Origin: Octopus bimaculoides
Taxonomy: Eukaryota
Reading direction: 5' to 3'
DNA length: 63,806 nt
NCBI RefSeq assembly: GCF_001194135.2
Contig: NC_068982.1
Coordinates: 171,608,290 to 171,672,095 of the forward strand
Shown: positions 25,661-39,129 of the stretch, in pieces
Position numbering within the stretch: the stretch's first letter is position 1
Layout: every line of letters begins with the position of its first letter
Notes under the pieces: model-generated
Seen by the model: the letters and a program-made list of their open reading frames with translations, nothing else
Told to the model about the DNA's origin: nothing
Database searches by the model: none
Made by a program: the position numbers and the translations under genes

Positions 25661-28614
25661 GTCGATCCATAAATTCATTGATCCACCATCAAAAGATAAC
25701 GGGAGTACTGAAACACACCCTGCATATACATTAGGCCCTGGGTATAATCGAGACGACACATCATAAGTAGGATATTGACCTCCTGTGTATTCTTAGCCTT
25801 AATGGGTAAACCAAATTATATAACGATATATGTATATCAGTATATATTCACATTTGCATATATACACGTATATCTATATCTATCAATCTATTCTAAACAT
25901 CTATCTATCTATCTATCTGTATATATNNNNNNNNNNNNNNNNNNNNNNNNNNNNNNNNNNNNNNNNNNNNNNNNNNNNNNNNNNNNNNNNNNNNNNNNNN
26001 NNNNNNNNNNNNNNNNNNNNNNNNNNNNNNNNNNNNNNNNNNNNNNNNNNNNNNNNNNNNNNNNNNNNNNNNNNNNNNNNNNNNNNNNNNNNNNNNNNNN
26101 NNNNNNNNNNNNNNNNNNNNNNNNNNNNNNNNNNNNNNNNNNNNNNNNNNNNNNNNNNNNNNNNNNNNNNNNNNNNNNNNNNNNNNNNNNNNNNNNNNNN
26201 NNNNNNNNNNNNNNNNNNNNNNNNNNNNNNNNNNNNNNNNNNNNNNNNNNNNNNNNNNNNNNNNNNNNNNNNNNNNNNNNNNNNNNNNNNNNNNNNNNNN
26301 NNNNNNNNNNNNNNNNNNNNNNNNNNNNNNNNNNNNNNNNNNNNNNNNNNNNNNNNNNNNNNNNNNNNNNNNNNNNNNNNNNNNNNNNNNNNNNNNTATA
26401 TATATATATATATATGTATGTGTGTATGTATGTACGTACGAATGTACGTATATGTAAACTTATGTGTATTGTAACTCATGATGTTCTCTCTTTCATATTT
26501 ATATTTAGAATCTATAATGTGATCTGAAAGATCAGCAAAATTGGCCATTTTACATCGATTGGATGAGTAGTAGAAAGATGTATTAAAATCAATATATAGA
26601 TAAGTACACAAAGAATTAAGTTAATAAACACATCATTACATATATATGAACATCCATACATAATAAATCGACATACATAAATAACTATAGCAGTATATGT
26701 AAGTATACATGACAAAGATACGTACGTACATACATAGATATACATTCATATGCTTATATCTATTATATATTATGTGGATGTTCCTGGAGTGTCTGTCCTT
26801 GTGTATGTATGTGTTTCATTGTGAATATGTGTGTGAGTGTGCTTCTAAGCGCGGGCGCGTGCTTGTGTTGTCTGTATGTTTTACAAATTAGATGGTCCAT
26901 TCAATTATGTTGAAAGAGGAAGTTTATTGGTATATATCATCCTCGCCGATACTTTGAAGTTCTGGTGAACGTAAGAAATGTTTATTTATTTATATATTCT
27001 ACATATCCATTTATACACAAACAGATTCAGGCACATACAGGCATTCATATGTATATATATATATATGTGTGTGTGTATGTGTGTGTATGTGTACAAGTGT
27101 GTACTTCTGTATGTATGTATGTATGTATGTATGTATGTATGAATGTATGTATGTATGTATGTATGTATGTATGAATGTATGTATGTATGTATATATGTAT
27201 GTACGTACGTACGTAAGTATGTATGTATGTATGTACTTTCACACACAGACATACTCACATATATGCATGTACGTACTAGTAAATATATATACACATNNNN
27301 NNNNNNNNNNNNNNNNNNNNNNNNNNNNNNNNNNNNNNNNNNNNNNNNNNNNNNNNNNNNNNNNNNNNNNNNNNNNNNNNNNNNNNNNNNNNNNNNNNNN
27401 NNNNNNNNNNNNNNNNNNNNNNNNNNNNNNNNNNNNNNNNNNNNNNNNNNNNNNNNNNNNNNNNNNNNNNNNNNNNNNNNNNNNNNNNNNNNNNNNNNNN
27501 NNNNNNNNNNNNNNNNNNNNNNNNNNNNNNNNNNNNNNNNNNNNNNNNNNNNNNNNNNNNNNNNNNNNNNNNNNNNNNNNNNNNNNNNNNNNNNNNNNNN
27601 NNNNNNNNNNNNNNNNNNNNNNNNNNNNNNNNNNNNNNNNNNNNNNNNNNNNNNNNNNNNNNNNNNNNNNNNNATATATATATATATATATATATATATA
27701 CACTCATATATATACACTCATATATACACTCATATATATATATATTTGTAGGTATGAATATGTGTATATACGTATATGCGTCTGTTTGCATGTACAATAT
27801 ATCTATTTGTGCATCTTGTGAAGTCTTTGAAGGAACAGGAACAAGGATTTCGATTGAAGAATACATAAATACCGAAATTCAATTATTCATTGATTTATAA
27901 ATCTATTTCTGTTTATATGTGGTGGTTGGGCGCCGGGATTTGCAGTCTTCATCCTCTTCACATCGATGTCTTTTATTTAATATATTAACTATTTTTAATA
28001 ACTGCCATAATAGTTATTGTTTTGGTTTGCTGGACCTGAGAATTTGGAACGAGGATTTTAATGTAAAATATACAAACGTACAACAAATAGTCTCCAAAAT
28101 ATTGTTTCTTTAAAAAAAGTCTCCTGTAATTAAACTGTTTTGACACTGCCATCTATATACAAGTTGAGGGCTCTCTATATCTGACGATCCCATAGATTTT
28201 GCACCTAGAGTATTCATCACTATGGTGCAGGCTCAGTTTTTTTGTTTCAGATAGATTTGCATAGTTCATAAAAGCAATTCCCTTCGTCTCCTTGACACCG
28301 ATGTAATACAAATTAACCACTATTTTTCATACAACTTCGTGCCAGTGACGTCACATGCATTGCTGTCAAAACTCAATGGGACTCAATTGAGAAAGAAACT
28401 CACCCAAAGCTCTGACAATTTTGCAAATCCACTGCCCTAAATTTATGCTTTATTTATCGAATCTAAAAGTGTGAAACCAAATTTACTGTCGCTGAAGCGG
28501 TGAAATTTGAACTTGGGGCGTAGAGGATTCGAATAAACAGACCCTTGTATTTCTATCCAACGCTGTAATTACACTCCCAGTATGCTCTTTTAATGTACAC
28601 CTACTATGCAAATG

Positions 28615-28780
28615 AAAGCGCGTAACCTATTGGTTAAGGGCTCACAATCATCAGATCATTGGTTCAATTCTTCGACCAGTGGTGCATTGTACTGATAAGA
28701 AAGACATTTCATTTCAATTGTTGTTCCATTCTATTCAGCTGAAAATGAATACTAGCCGATTACTAGTGCAGCCCTTTCCC
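28615..28780 (+). mobile_element. Degenerate SINE family C (tRNA head + CORE-like body)
   Basis: gcgcgtaacctattggttaag...ggttcaattc...aagacatttcatttcaattgttgttccattctattcagctgaaaatga. Confidence 0.55.
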
Positions 28781-31700
28781 TCTCCAGCAGTTGCATGCTC
28801 AATATACCTCTGGGTCAAGACTGGCAAGTCCCAGAATGTGTCTATATCAGCTCATAAGTCCATAGGCACCAAAATCAATTCACAGAAATGTGGTTCATTA
28901 TACAATGTCATACTCTTTTGCGAGTGATAAATATGTTGCTTCTCCACACGTATGTATGCAATATGCACATATAAAAACGTCTGCACTCTTTTTCAAATTT
29001 TGTATGTCGTTGTCTTTGTAAAGGATCCTTTTTCACTTTATGTTGTACTTCTGCTCTTGAGAACGTTTTATGATGGTAGCTTTTTTTCTTTTTCTTTCTT
29101 TTTTCATATATGGAAATTTTGATCAGCTAAAAATATTGCTCATAGCTTCCTTAAAGGCGGGATAACGAATTACTATCACTAGGTGTCATAAGATAACTCC
29201 ATTGTAACATCATTGCATCAGTGATGGAGTGCCAAAAATTGCAATAGCAAGTAGCTATCGATAGCGTAGCTATCAATAGCGTAGCTACAGTGTGTGCCGC
29301 CTGGCAGCCCTTGAATTTGCACCCTATACAGCACACCAAAAACTACTAACTCCATAAAAGCGTCGTCCAGGGAAGAACGTCCCCAATGCTCCCCATAACC
29401 ACCATCACCATCTTAGATACGCTACTAGTAGCAATGGGGGCGGTTTCGAAAATAAAGCAGCAAAGTCAATAGCAAACGAATGCACCGACAGCAGCAATAG
29501 CAGAGAACTCTAGCAACGAGCTGTTGCAAAGAGTGAGCAGGCAGGAACGGCGATGGTGGCGCTCCACGTGATGCAAAATATGGAATATGCATACGCACCT
29601 CATTAAATGAGTCTTGTCCAGCATAGTTTAGTTTCTGAATAATGAACTGCTTTCATATTTTCACTACCAGAACTCCATCATTTACAAGGCATGGCTACCA
29701 CAATATTCCACCTCTTCTACTACTAAATATTTCAGACGGCACTCATATAAAATAAATTTTCTCTGTTGTGTGATTATTTTGTTTCTCACAGTAGGAAACA
29801 GAAAGAGAGACGAGGAAGTGGAACAGCGAGAGAGATAGAGAGACAGACAGACACAAATAAAGAGAGAGAAAAATGGTAAAGTGAAAGAGAGAGAATTGAG
29901 TTGATAAAAATTGTAGAATGCCCTACTGGTGCCTTGGTGTTAGCCTTCTGTTTTAACCGATGTGCATTTCGCGTTCCTTTTCAGAAAGAGCGATAAATCT
30001 CGTAGCAATTATACCCAGGTACACACGAGAGAAGTCATCGATATTTTCTGTCTTTTAATATAATTAAGTAATTATTATGAAATAGTATAGTTCATCGTTG
30101 TATTCCTTATTTGAACACGAAACCCGGATTTTATAGATCTCACTGTGACATAATATAGTTTCAATACAAATGACTATCAGCTAAAATTAGAAGAGTTTAA
30201 AGAGCCGAGCAACTGATTCATTAGACTACAAGAAGATTGGTTGCGTTTGTGCTCAATGTTGTTATCTGTATATAGAAACGTGTTGCCAAGAATGTTCTGG
30301 ATATTTTGTAAATATAATCAGGTTTCATACTCATTAGGTGAAATGCAACAGAAAACCGCTGGAAACTTTTATTCACTAAAAAATTATTTTAGTTCTTTAC
30401 CCGGACGATCAGCTTGACACAACTTACATCACACATTACCTGTATTGTGTGATTGAAAAACACTGATATTTTAAAATTTTAATTCTTTCTACGACGCTCG
30501 AAATAATTTATAATTTAAATCTTTGAAAGTTGTGTCAACACTCTACTAATCTCATAGCTCTATATCCTTAATTATAAAATCTCTTTTTGTCTGTCTGTCC
30601 CACTAGCTCTTCTTTTACTCTGTTTAATCCTTCTCTGACGTTATCAGGTATAGTCCAATGAGGCAGCGCTGCTTTCTGAGCATTTTTGCTCGTGAATGAT
30701 AGCCATTAGCAATACAAGTTAACGAAACACTTGTTAATCAGCCAAAGTTGTACTATTTTTGGTGATGAGCTGAGTCAGCAAATTGTGGGAGGTTTGCAGC
30801 ATTAATAGTTCAGTTTTTTGCACAACGGTGTAATGCTTATCCTAAATGGGATACGGACCTCTAATCCTTCATTTTGTAGAGCAACAATATATAGACTCGA
30901 TCAGTTTCGATTTTAACAGGAACATATCGTTTCTGGGGACCGTGAATGTTAGTCAATGTTAAGGTAGTTTATGGCAGTGATGTGTGTATGGTACGAAGGC
31001 CGATAATGAATTTAAAAAGTGTATTTATATGGTTAGAGTACATGGCATAGAACGTATACTTGGATAAAAAAGAAATATGAGTAAATGATGTTAGTGATTG
31101 GTAAACAGAGCAAATGTGGGTCAAAATGGTTATGGTTACGTTATAGTAGCAGTTAGTAGTTGAAATAAAATGTCTTTTTCATATAAACATATGGCTAGAG
31201 TAAATTGCAGCAAAGACAGAGAGAGGATAATGTGGGATAGGTGTGTCTGCATAGTAACTAGTAAAACACAGCAGATATAGAATATGATGATATGGACAAA
31301 GAATGATATGCATAAAATCCGCAGTAGAAGAATTTAATTCGATATTTTATGTTCTAGTCTGAAACTATGTCAATTTGCATGGATATGAGAATAAAAGATA
31401 AATTTCACTTCGGTTATGATTGGGTGAAATTGTGAACATTTAAAGAACGATTCACAAATAACGGCGGATATTGCACTGATTTGCTATTAGGTGTTACTGT
31501 CCGTACTTACTTTTATGCAATAAGCTAGATTATGTAAAGGAATTAAGGTAATAAGGGCATTTAAAGAGAAGGAATGATGCCTTGTAGAGTAAGGATTTGA
31601 AAACTTTACTGGGATTTGAGTCGTAAATATACTGGTTTTATTTTCAAAAGCTGCTAATGAAAAACCTATTCTTCATACTTCAATATGTAAAGACAGACAC

Positions 31701-32403
31701 GCCAAAATATATTTGACACCGTATTAAGACATTTTAGTATCAACCAATGAAACTGAAACCCACTTATTCATAATCCCTTTCGAAATAAGAAAGGTAAAGT
31801 CATAGAACAATTAAATAATGTTCTCTTAACTTTAAATCCTTTCAGCCACGACGCTACTGCTATACTTAACATAATTTTATGCTGTAGTTTGAAGAAAAAT
31901 CACAGTAATGGATATGTATAATGATATGTATAATACGTTCGGATATTATTCAGACACAAATACATTCTGGTCTACTTTGAAGCAATGCACGTTTTTAATC
32001 GATTGTTACATGAAATTTTATTCATCCTGTTGCATTGCAAATGGGCAGTAGTAAAGATGAAAATAATGTCGCATTACCGGTTTCTTTTATAGCCCAAAGC
32101 CATCGAAAGACCCACACTGAGAAACGTAGCCTAACGAAATGATTACGCATTTCAGTGCGTTATTATAAATCTTCGCAGCAACCCTTTGCGGCATATCTTT
32201 ACAAGGACTAACTCTTTTCAACTAACTTGACTCTTTACAGATAACAAAACTGAAATCTTATGAGTGAAGTATCTTTACCCAAGACAAATAGTAACTCTAA
32301 CGGCATAGTATTATCTCGTTAGCCGTTTAAATAATGTATTACAGACCGAGAAGATTAGTGATTTGCCTAAAAAGAAAAATTCTTTTAATAAATTTCACAA
32401 ATA

Positions 32404-33308
32404 TACAAGGTGTTTCATAAATGTATGTCACATTCTGAGAACTCTTATATCATGAACTACAAATGGTAGCATGATTGAACAGGTACATTTAAAAGCTAAA
32501 AGGATCAAGTTTTCTTCCGTTAAATTAAATTAAATTAAATTAAATTAAATTTTGTCGTTTGTGTCGTTTCAGATCCAGTAATGTTATTCACAAAACAAGA
32601 GAAGTCATTTTGCTTCCTAGAATACGCTAAAACTGAATCAGGGACAGGTGTTCAACGCAAATTTCGTACAACGTTTACCAAACAGGCACCAGACAGACGT
32701 TCCATTTTGAACTGGCATGCAAGATTTAAGGAGTGGGGGTATTTATGCCCGGCAAAGAGAACAGGGTGCTCCTGCGCAAAATTCATTGTAAATATCTTTA
32801 TCAGTGTCCTTCAACTTTTGAACCAATTGCAGCTTGTATGGTGTGAGCTGCAGCCGTCTACTTAAGACGCACCAAACAGTTGTTGATGGGAGCTGGCTAT
32901 TCTGAATGATGTCTGGGAGTTGCGCTCGAAGGCTTGCCGAATTTGTTCAACAGTATCATATGCAGTTGACGAGAACAAACATCCCTCCTCTTTAAATTCT
33001 GCATGTCAATTCAAAATGGAACGTATGTCTGGTGCCTGCTTGGTTAATTTTGTACGAAATTTGTGTTGAACATTGTCCATGATTCGGCTTTAGCGTATTC
33101 TAGGACGCAAAATGACTTCTCTTGTTTTGTGAATGACATTACTGGATCTGAAAAGAGACACAAATCAAAATTAAATAATGTTTAATTAATTAAATTAAAA
33201 TTAAATTAACAGAAGTTTTTAAATGGTACGAGTTCAATCATGCTACCATTTGTAGTTCATGATATAAGAGTCCCTAGAATGTGACACAGACTTTTGAAAC
33301 ACCCTGTA
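32404..33308. mobile_element. Tc1-like fold-back element made of two inverted 5' ends
   Basis: TA-caaggtgtttca...tgaaacaccctg-TA. The arms (32406-~32766 plus; ~32767-33306 minus) are clearly homologous and each contains TIR, leader and transposase start. Confidence 0.92.
32581..32766 (+). pseudogene. Transposase N-terminal HTH (DUF4817-like), left arm
   Basis: MLFTKQEKSFCFLEYAKTESGTGVQRKFRTTFTKQAPDRRSILNWHARFKEWG, open from the ATG; ORF runs on into the inverted arm to 32865. Confidence 0.8.
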
Positions 33309-33554
33309 TATTGGCCTTACAAAAACAGAACTCTATTGTTTCAATCAGATTTCAAACCTTAATACCATCAGTAACAACCACATTTCTATCTGATTATAAA
33401 CACTTTGTGAATTAGGGTTTATTTACCATTATAAGTGATACAACTTTCTAGTCAAACATCATTCCTGATCCGATTGTGGAATATTGATCAATCTCGGAAT
33501 TTCAATTACCAGGTTTCGTGTCGTATATTTAATATTAGACGAATGAGCTCAAAC

Positions 33555-34200
33555 AACGGCAATTTCTAACACCATGACCACTACGACTATACCACTGCCA
33601 CTTCCACTACCACTGTTACTACTTTTATCCAGATCATCACCAGCACCACCTTTGTCGTTATCACCCTTCACATTAGCCTCACTACCAAACCTTCTGAACG
33701 CCATTGCTGCCACCATCAACAGTACCACCACCACCACCACCATCACCACCACCACCACTATCACTACCACCATCACCGCCACCGCCGCTAACACCATTTT
33801 AACACTACAATTACGATCATCACCACTGCTATTTCTATCAATATAGCCACCACATATTAACACCAATACCACCCCCATTAGCACAACCACAACCACCACA
33901 ACCATCCCCACCACCACCACCACCACTACTACCACCAAAAGCACCATCACCTCTATTATCTTCAACAGCCCTTAACAGCACAATTACAATCCCTAACAGT
34001 ATCATCACCGCCACCGTCGCTATTATCCATGTTCGCTGCCAGCACATCGCCATTATTTTCACTCTTGCTTCCACCATTAATATTGTCCCATCACTTACCA
34101 CTATCAAATACCTGTTGCAACATCCCTCTGATAGCCACTATTTTCACCACTGCCGTCATTACCAAGTCACTACAATCTTCTACATTTCCTTTCCACATTG
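33555..34200. repeat. Cryptic (ACC)/(ACT)/(ATC) low-complexity tract
   Basis: Direct reading; poly-T/V ORFs. Confidence 0.8.
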
Positions 34201-35229
34201 CATATCGTTCCTGAATAGCACCGGTAACACACAGGGTTTTCTTTGAGATGAAACTACTAAAGCCTCGGATCAACCCTTCACTATTGCTGGCGGAAAGGCG
34301 ATATCAGTGATCCTCGATGATGCGTTCACAGAACAACGCAGTCAGTTCCGAGAAAGACATAGAGAGTAAGCGGAAGAGAAAAAGAAGAATCGGCTCCAAT
34401 TCTTTACTTTATTTATTCTTTATTTATCGACCCCAAAAGAATAAAAGGCGATGTTGAGCTCGGTCAGATTTGAACTCACATTTTTGCAAACACCACAAGA
34501 TACTCCTATCCGACACAATAATGGTTCTGTTGATTCATCGCCTTAGTTTTATAATCCTTCATCTGAATCGACTAACCATCACCAACTCCACGATTACCTC
34601 CTCAACCATCATCGCCATACCCACCACAATTTCCACAGTCATCTCCACCACAACCACTAAAATTCTCTTCTCAAGGGACCCTAATCATAGTCATAACGTC
34701 TCAAAATAATGTTATTTTGTTATTATTTTTACTTTAAAATGAATTAATTTATTAATTATATCAATTTCATTAATTAATTTGTTTATTTTGGTATGATTTC
34801 TTTCCTTTCTGTTTTTCCTCTGCGTTGGTGTGAACGGGATGTGTGAAGTATGTTGGGTAATGTAGAGAATTAAATCATATTGTAGATAAGAGATATTGTT
34901 TCATGTGCGAACTTTTAGCACTTACTCTTTAACGGATTTGACGCAGGAATTTTTTAATCATATAGCTCTTTAATTAGAGGTCATCAGACGTCTACAAAAT
35001 TATACAGTAAACTTATTGTTCTACAAGCCATTTTCGAAGTTTCTAAATGAATTTATTATTATACTGTTAATGAATGCAACAACGTAATTTATGCATATAT
35101 AAATTTCAATTACACTTTATAATGCCGGCTATTCAGTGAAGTACATTAACGACAGGTTTCTCCATTTGAATGCCACGCCATATATACATAGCAACATTCT
35201 CAATGATAACTACACACAGATATGCATTA

Positions 35230-35272
<43 letters not shown>

Positions 35273-35307
35273 TTATCAGTCTGTATATATGTATACATGT
35301 ATGTATG

Positions 35308-35402
<95 letters not shown>

Positions 35403-35499
35403 ATATGTATATACACCGCATCATCCCGGTTTTGATTCGCAAACGTCCTTATTGTGGATATGTTTTTTCCCCTATAGTTATTAGTGAGTCTATTTGATG

Positions 35500-36800
35500 T
35501 GAATGAAACAGTATAAAGCCAATGATAAACGACAGAATTCTGTGGCAGTCTGATGGATTGGCATTTCTACTGCTGTTTTACTAAAGAGTGCTTGCAAATA
35601 ATGAGGCACTTTTTCACCTAACGTGCTTTTTTGATGATTTCTTTGAAAGTTTTACGAACCTTTCCATTTCATTTCCAATCTCAGAGTTTTTTGTTGTTGT
35701 TTTTGTTGTTATTTCCACAATTGGTAAGTTTTCTTGGTTGCTGTAGCTCTTCCCGTTATACTAACATCTACATCTTTCCCTGGATGTTGCTGAGGCTGCT
35801 TCTGCTTAACAGTACTATTTTCAGCACAAAAAATCCAGTTAAGAAAACAGAATTGCATATGGCATTCAATACTACACTATACTCCGTATATATTTTTCAG
35901 TTCTGACTATTTGTCAAGACAATGAATGACTTCAAATAATTACCAATACAGTTTTTTTTCATATCTGGAAAACCCCTTATTACATTTGTTCTTCATCGAC
36001 TCTTGTTTTCAATGAGTTCATTTGGAATTGACTTCTCTTAAGGTTTTGGAGGCTCTGAATAGTTCTTATTAACAAGTGCTTTAGTCTCTATTTTTGTAGC
36101 TTGGATAACAAGATTCAGAAGGCGCCCGTAACAATCAGCAAATGGGAAACACCTTTGTTCTGGTTGCTAAACTTGAATTAACACTGTTCATATTTACTGC
36201 ACCATCAAAATATTCTAGATTTTGTCAATTTTCAGTTTCACTTCAGTGTACATTTTTTTATTATTATTTCATGCAAAACACTTCCTTTGGTGGAATGCAT
36301 TGCATAAAATACGCTGAAAGATTCGCTTCTGTTTCCATCAAGATTAATGTATTTCGTCTTCGTCGATCTTCCTTATTCCATGATGGAATATCCCGAAAAC
36401 GTTTCCACATAATCTGCTATTTTACTTAATCTGCTATTTTACATGCGGAAAACATATAAGGTCCAACTGCATTTTCGAAGCAAACTGATTTCTGAGTTCT
36501 CCTATCCAAGGAATCTTCTTGGAGAGAAAATATTCCAAGACACCGACACGGTTAATATCGAGGTTTTTGCACAAATTATTGCAATCCCCTTCATTATTTC
36601 GCAAGACTAGTGTCTTGACAATAACTATCAAGTTTTCTCTTTTCAGTGTCACATGCTGACAAGTATTTTTGCATTCTTTGTGAGCCGATTTGTCGGTTTC
36701 CAAATTTGAAGATGTTAGGATAAACACTTTAACAAAGGGCGCACGAAGCTTGATATTTGACAATGTCGTTATTTTTCACATAAACTGAAAGATTAGGTCA
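35500..36800 (-). mobile_element. Degenerate Penelope-like RT/endonuclease remnant
   Basis: Minus-strand order NAVGPYMFS (cf. GTAxGP), WKRFRD-IPSW (cf. WxRxxDDI), ETEN*QNLEYFD (cf. ExExxxxLxFLD), GV*CSIEC. Confidence 0.5.
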
Positions 36801-37419
36801 AGTTTCAATGATGTTATTTCGCAGAAGCTGTGGAGCCACTTAATCCAAGCCTCTCATTCATTTCATAATGATTTTCGTCGCTTGAAATGTTTTCAGACTT
36901 TAAAATCTAGCTTCTTTTGACATTCATGGTTGGTTTCTCCTTTGTCTGCTATGTCTTGAACATTGCTGTCAACATATCTCCACTTGGCCGTAGTCTGAGA
37001 GGTTGTGTGGATTAAATATGCATCACTCCCTTCTTCGTTACCAGAAAATTTCCCGTTAAATGTTTCTCATGAAAAGTTTAAGTATCCGTTGTGATGTTCA
37101 AGCATTTATTTTCAAAATCACTACTTGACAGGCACGAAGAAGAGCAACGTGTTTTCAATTGAATTCAAAATCTGCTTGCAACATTCTGCATCGAAGGAGC
37201 GTTCACGATAACACCGTTTACATGTTCTTTTCTTTTTTTTTCTGTTTTTTCACCGAAGAGATTTATTATATCCATTTACAATTTGGTATACGACAAGATA
37301 AGAATACACACACTGGAGATAGCTACTTGTATAGCGCTGATTAATGTTACTAGAGAGAACTTTCAGAATAAGTAGAGTTGGTCAGCGATCATAGTCATGC
37401 AATATTATCAAAGAATAAA

Positions 37420-37630
37420 GGCGGCAAACAGGCGGAATACTTTGCACGCTAGGTGAAATGGTTAGCGGCATTTCGTCCGTCTTTACGTCCTGATTTTAAA
37501 TTCCGTTGAGATCGACTTTGCCTTTCATCCTTCCGGGGTCGATAAAATAAGTATCAGTTGGGTACTGGTGTCGGTGTAATGGATTTATCCTCTCTCCCGA
37601 ACTTACTGGCCTTGTTTTAAAATTTGAAAC
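37420..37630 (+). mobile_element. SINE family A (tail type 2)
   Basis: Family head/body; flanked by caatattatcaaa(g/t)aataaa at 37400-37419 and 37631-37650. Confidence 0.85.
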
Positions 37631-37654
37631 CAATATTATCAAATAATAAATATA

Positions 37655-37867
37655 CTCTTCTACTCTAGGTACAAGGCCCGAAATTTTGAAGGAGGAGCTA
37701 GTCGATTAGATCGACCCCAATACGCAACTGTTATTTAATTTATCCACCTCGAAAGGATGAAAGGCAAAGTCGACCTCAGTGGAATTTGAACTCAGAACGT
37801 AAAGACAGACGAAATACTGCTATGCATTTAGCCCGGCGTGTCAACGTTTCTGCCAGCTCGCCGCCTT
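37655..37867 (-). mobile_element. SINE family A (tail type 3)
   Basis: Family head/body; flanked by tcaaa(t/g)aataaatata at 37639-37654 and 37868-37883. Confidence 0.88.
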
Positions 37868-39083
37868 TCAAAGAATAAATATAGAAAGATCGGAAAGATT
37901 CGGGGTTTTCTATTGTGAATACAATTGGGACTGGAATGTAAAAGGTGAGTTAGTTTTGAGAAACATGGGTATTACGTAAATTCTATGCATGAAAGAATGA
38001 AGGACAAAAAAGGGCAGATCTATTCAGGCTGATAATTTTGATCGACCTTAACTAGCACTGAACTTGCCATTATCATTGCTTTGTTAACAATTTTGCTTTA
38101 TTAGTCTGTTTTTTTCTCTCTCTTACTGTGATCGAAATTTGGAGAACAGTTGTCCCCTGTCCGCTGACTGGTATGTCATGGCTTGGACAGTGTTATCTAA
38201 AGCGTTTTTCCTCTCTTAAGACATTAGGAATAGTTTGAGAAAGATAAAGTTGTTATATCTATAGCAGGTCTAACGTCAATATGGAATGATGTTCGTACGT
38301 TTATGTAGTTATAAGTTAATATATTAAACAACTATGTATTTTCCACTCTATATTGCTAATCATTTAGTTGAGTAAGTAATGAGTTAACTAACCGAGTACG
38401 TAGCACGACAGATGTAAATTCGTTAGTTTCTGAGTTCACTACTAAAATAAATCATTCAATTAATTAAACAAATTGGCTCAGGTTATATACATATCAAATT
38501 CATGAGTTAGTTGGTATAAACCAACTTCATGCGGTTAGGTATTATTTTCCTTCTTCCATATTTACATTAAATTGTTAGTAAAAAGAAGTAAGGGAATGAT
38601 TTAGTAACTTTCATCATTTCTTTCTTTTTAATGATTATTTACATTTTTAGCTACTCTAAATTACTTTAATTAAGCTTCGTTAATAATTGCAGAAGTAACA
38701 GTGTCGCGAAACGAAATGACGAAAAAAATGATAAAAAGCCTAAATACAGTATTATTTAATGTATTCCCTTACAAACCGAACTACCGAAGCCGCAGGTTCC
38801 AGAAGCCAAAAAGAAACTTTCAATAAAATGATGAATACATAGCTTGGAAAATTTATGCATATACATACGTACGAAAAGCGTACATATTTGGGTTGTTGAT
38901 CCTTCAGATTTACCATAAAACGTACATACATACATATATATACATACATACATATATATACTTACATACAGACAGACAGACAGATAGACAGACAGATAGA
39001 TAAATTGATAGATAAACAGATGCATCTCTCTCTCTCTTTCATTCTGTGTATTTATATATATATATATATATACACATCTATCC

Positions 39084-39115
<32 letters not shown>

Positions 39116-39129
39116 CTCTCTATATATAT

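Noticed and set aside
27900-28010. Minus-strand short frame KRHRCEEDEDCKSRRP as a host exon
   Set aside because: Under 40 codons, bounded by stops, weak acceptor, no recognisable domain.
30560-31270. Second Helitron candidate (tctatatcc...tgtctgtctgtc to ctagt)
   Set aside because: 5' resemblance is short and there is no 3' hairpin before the CTAG.
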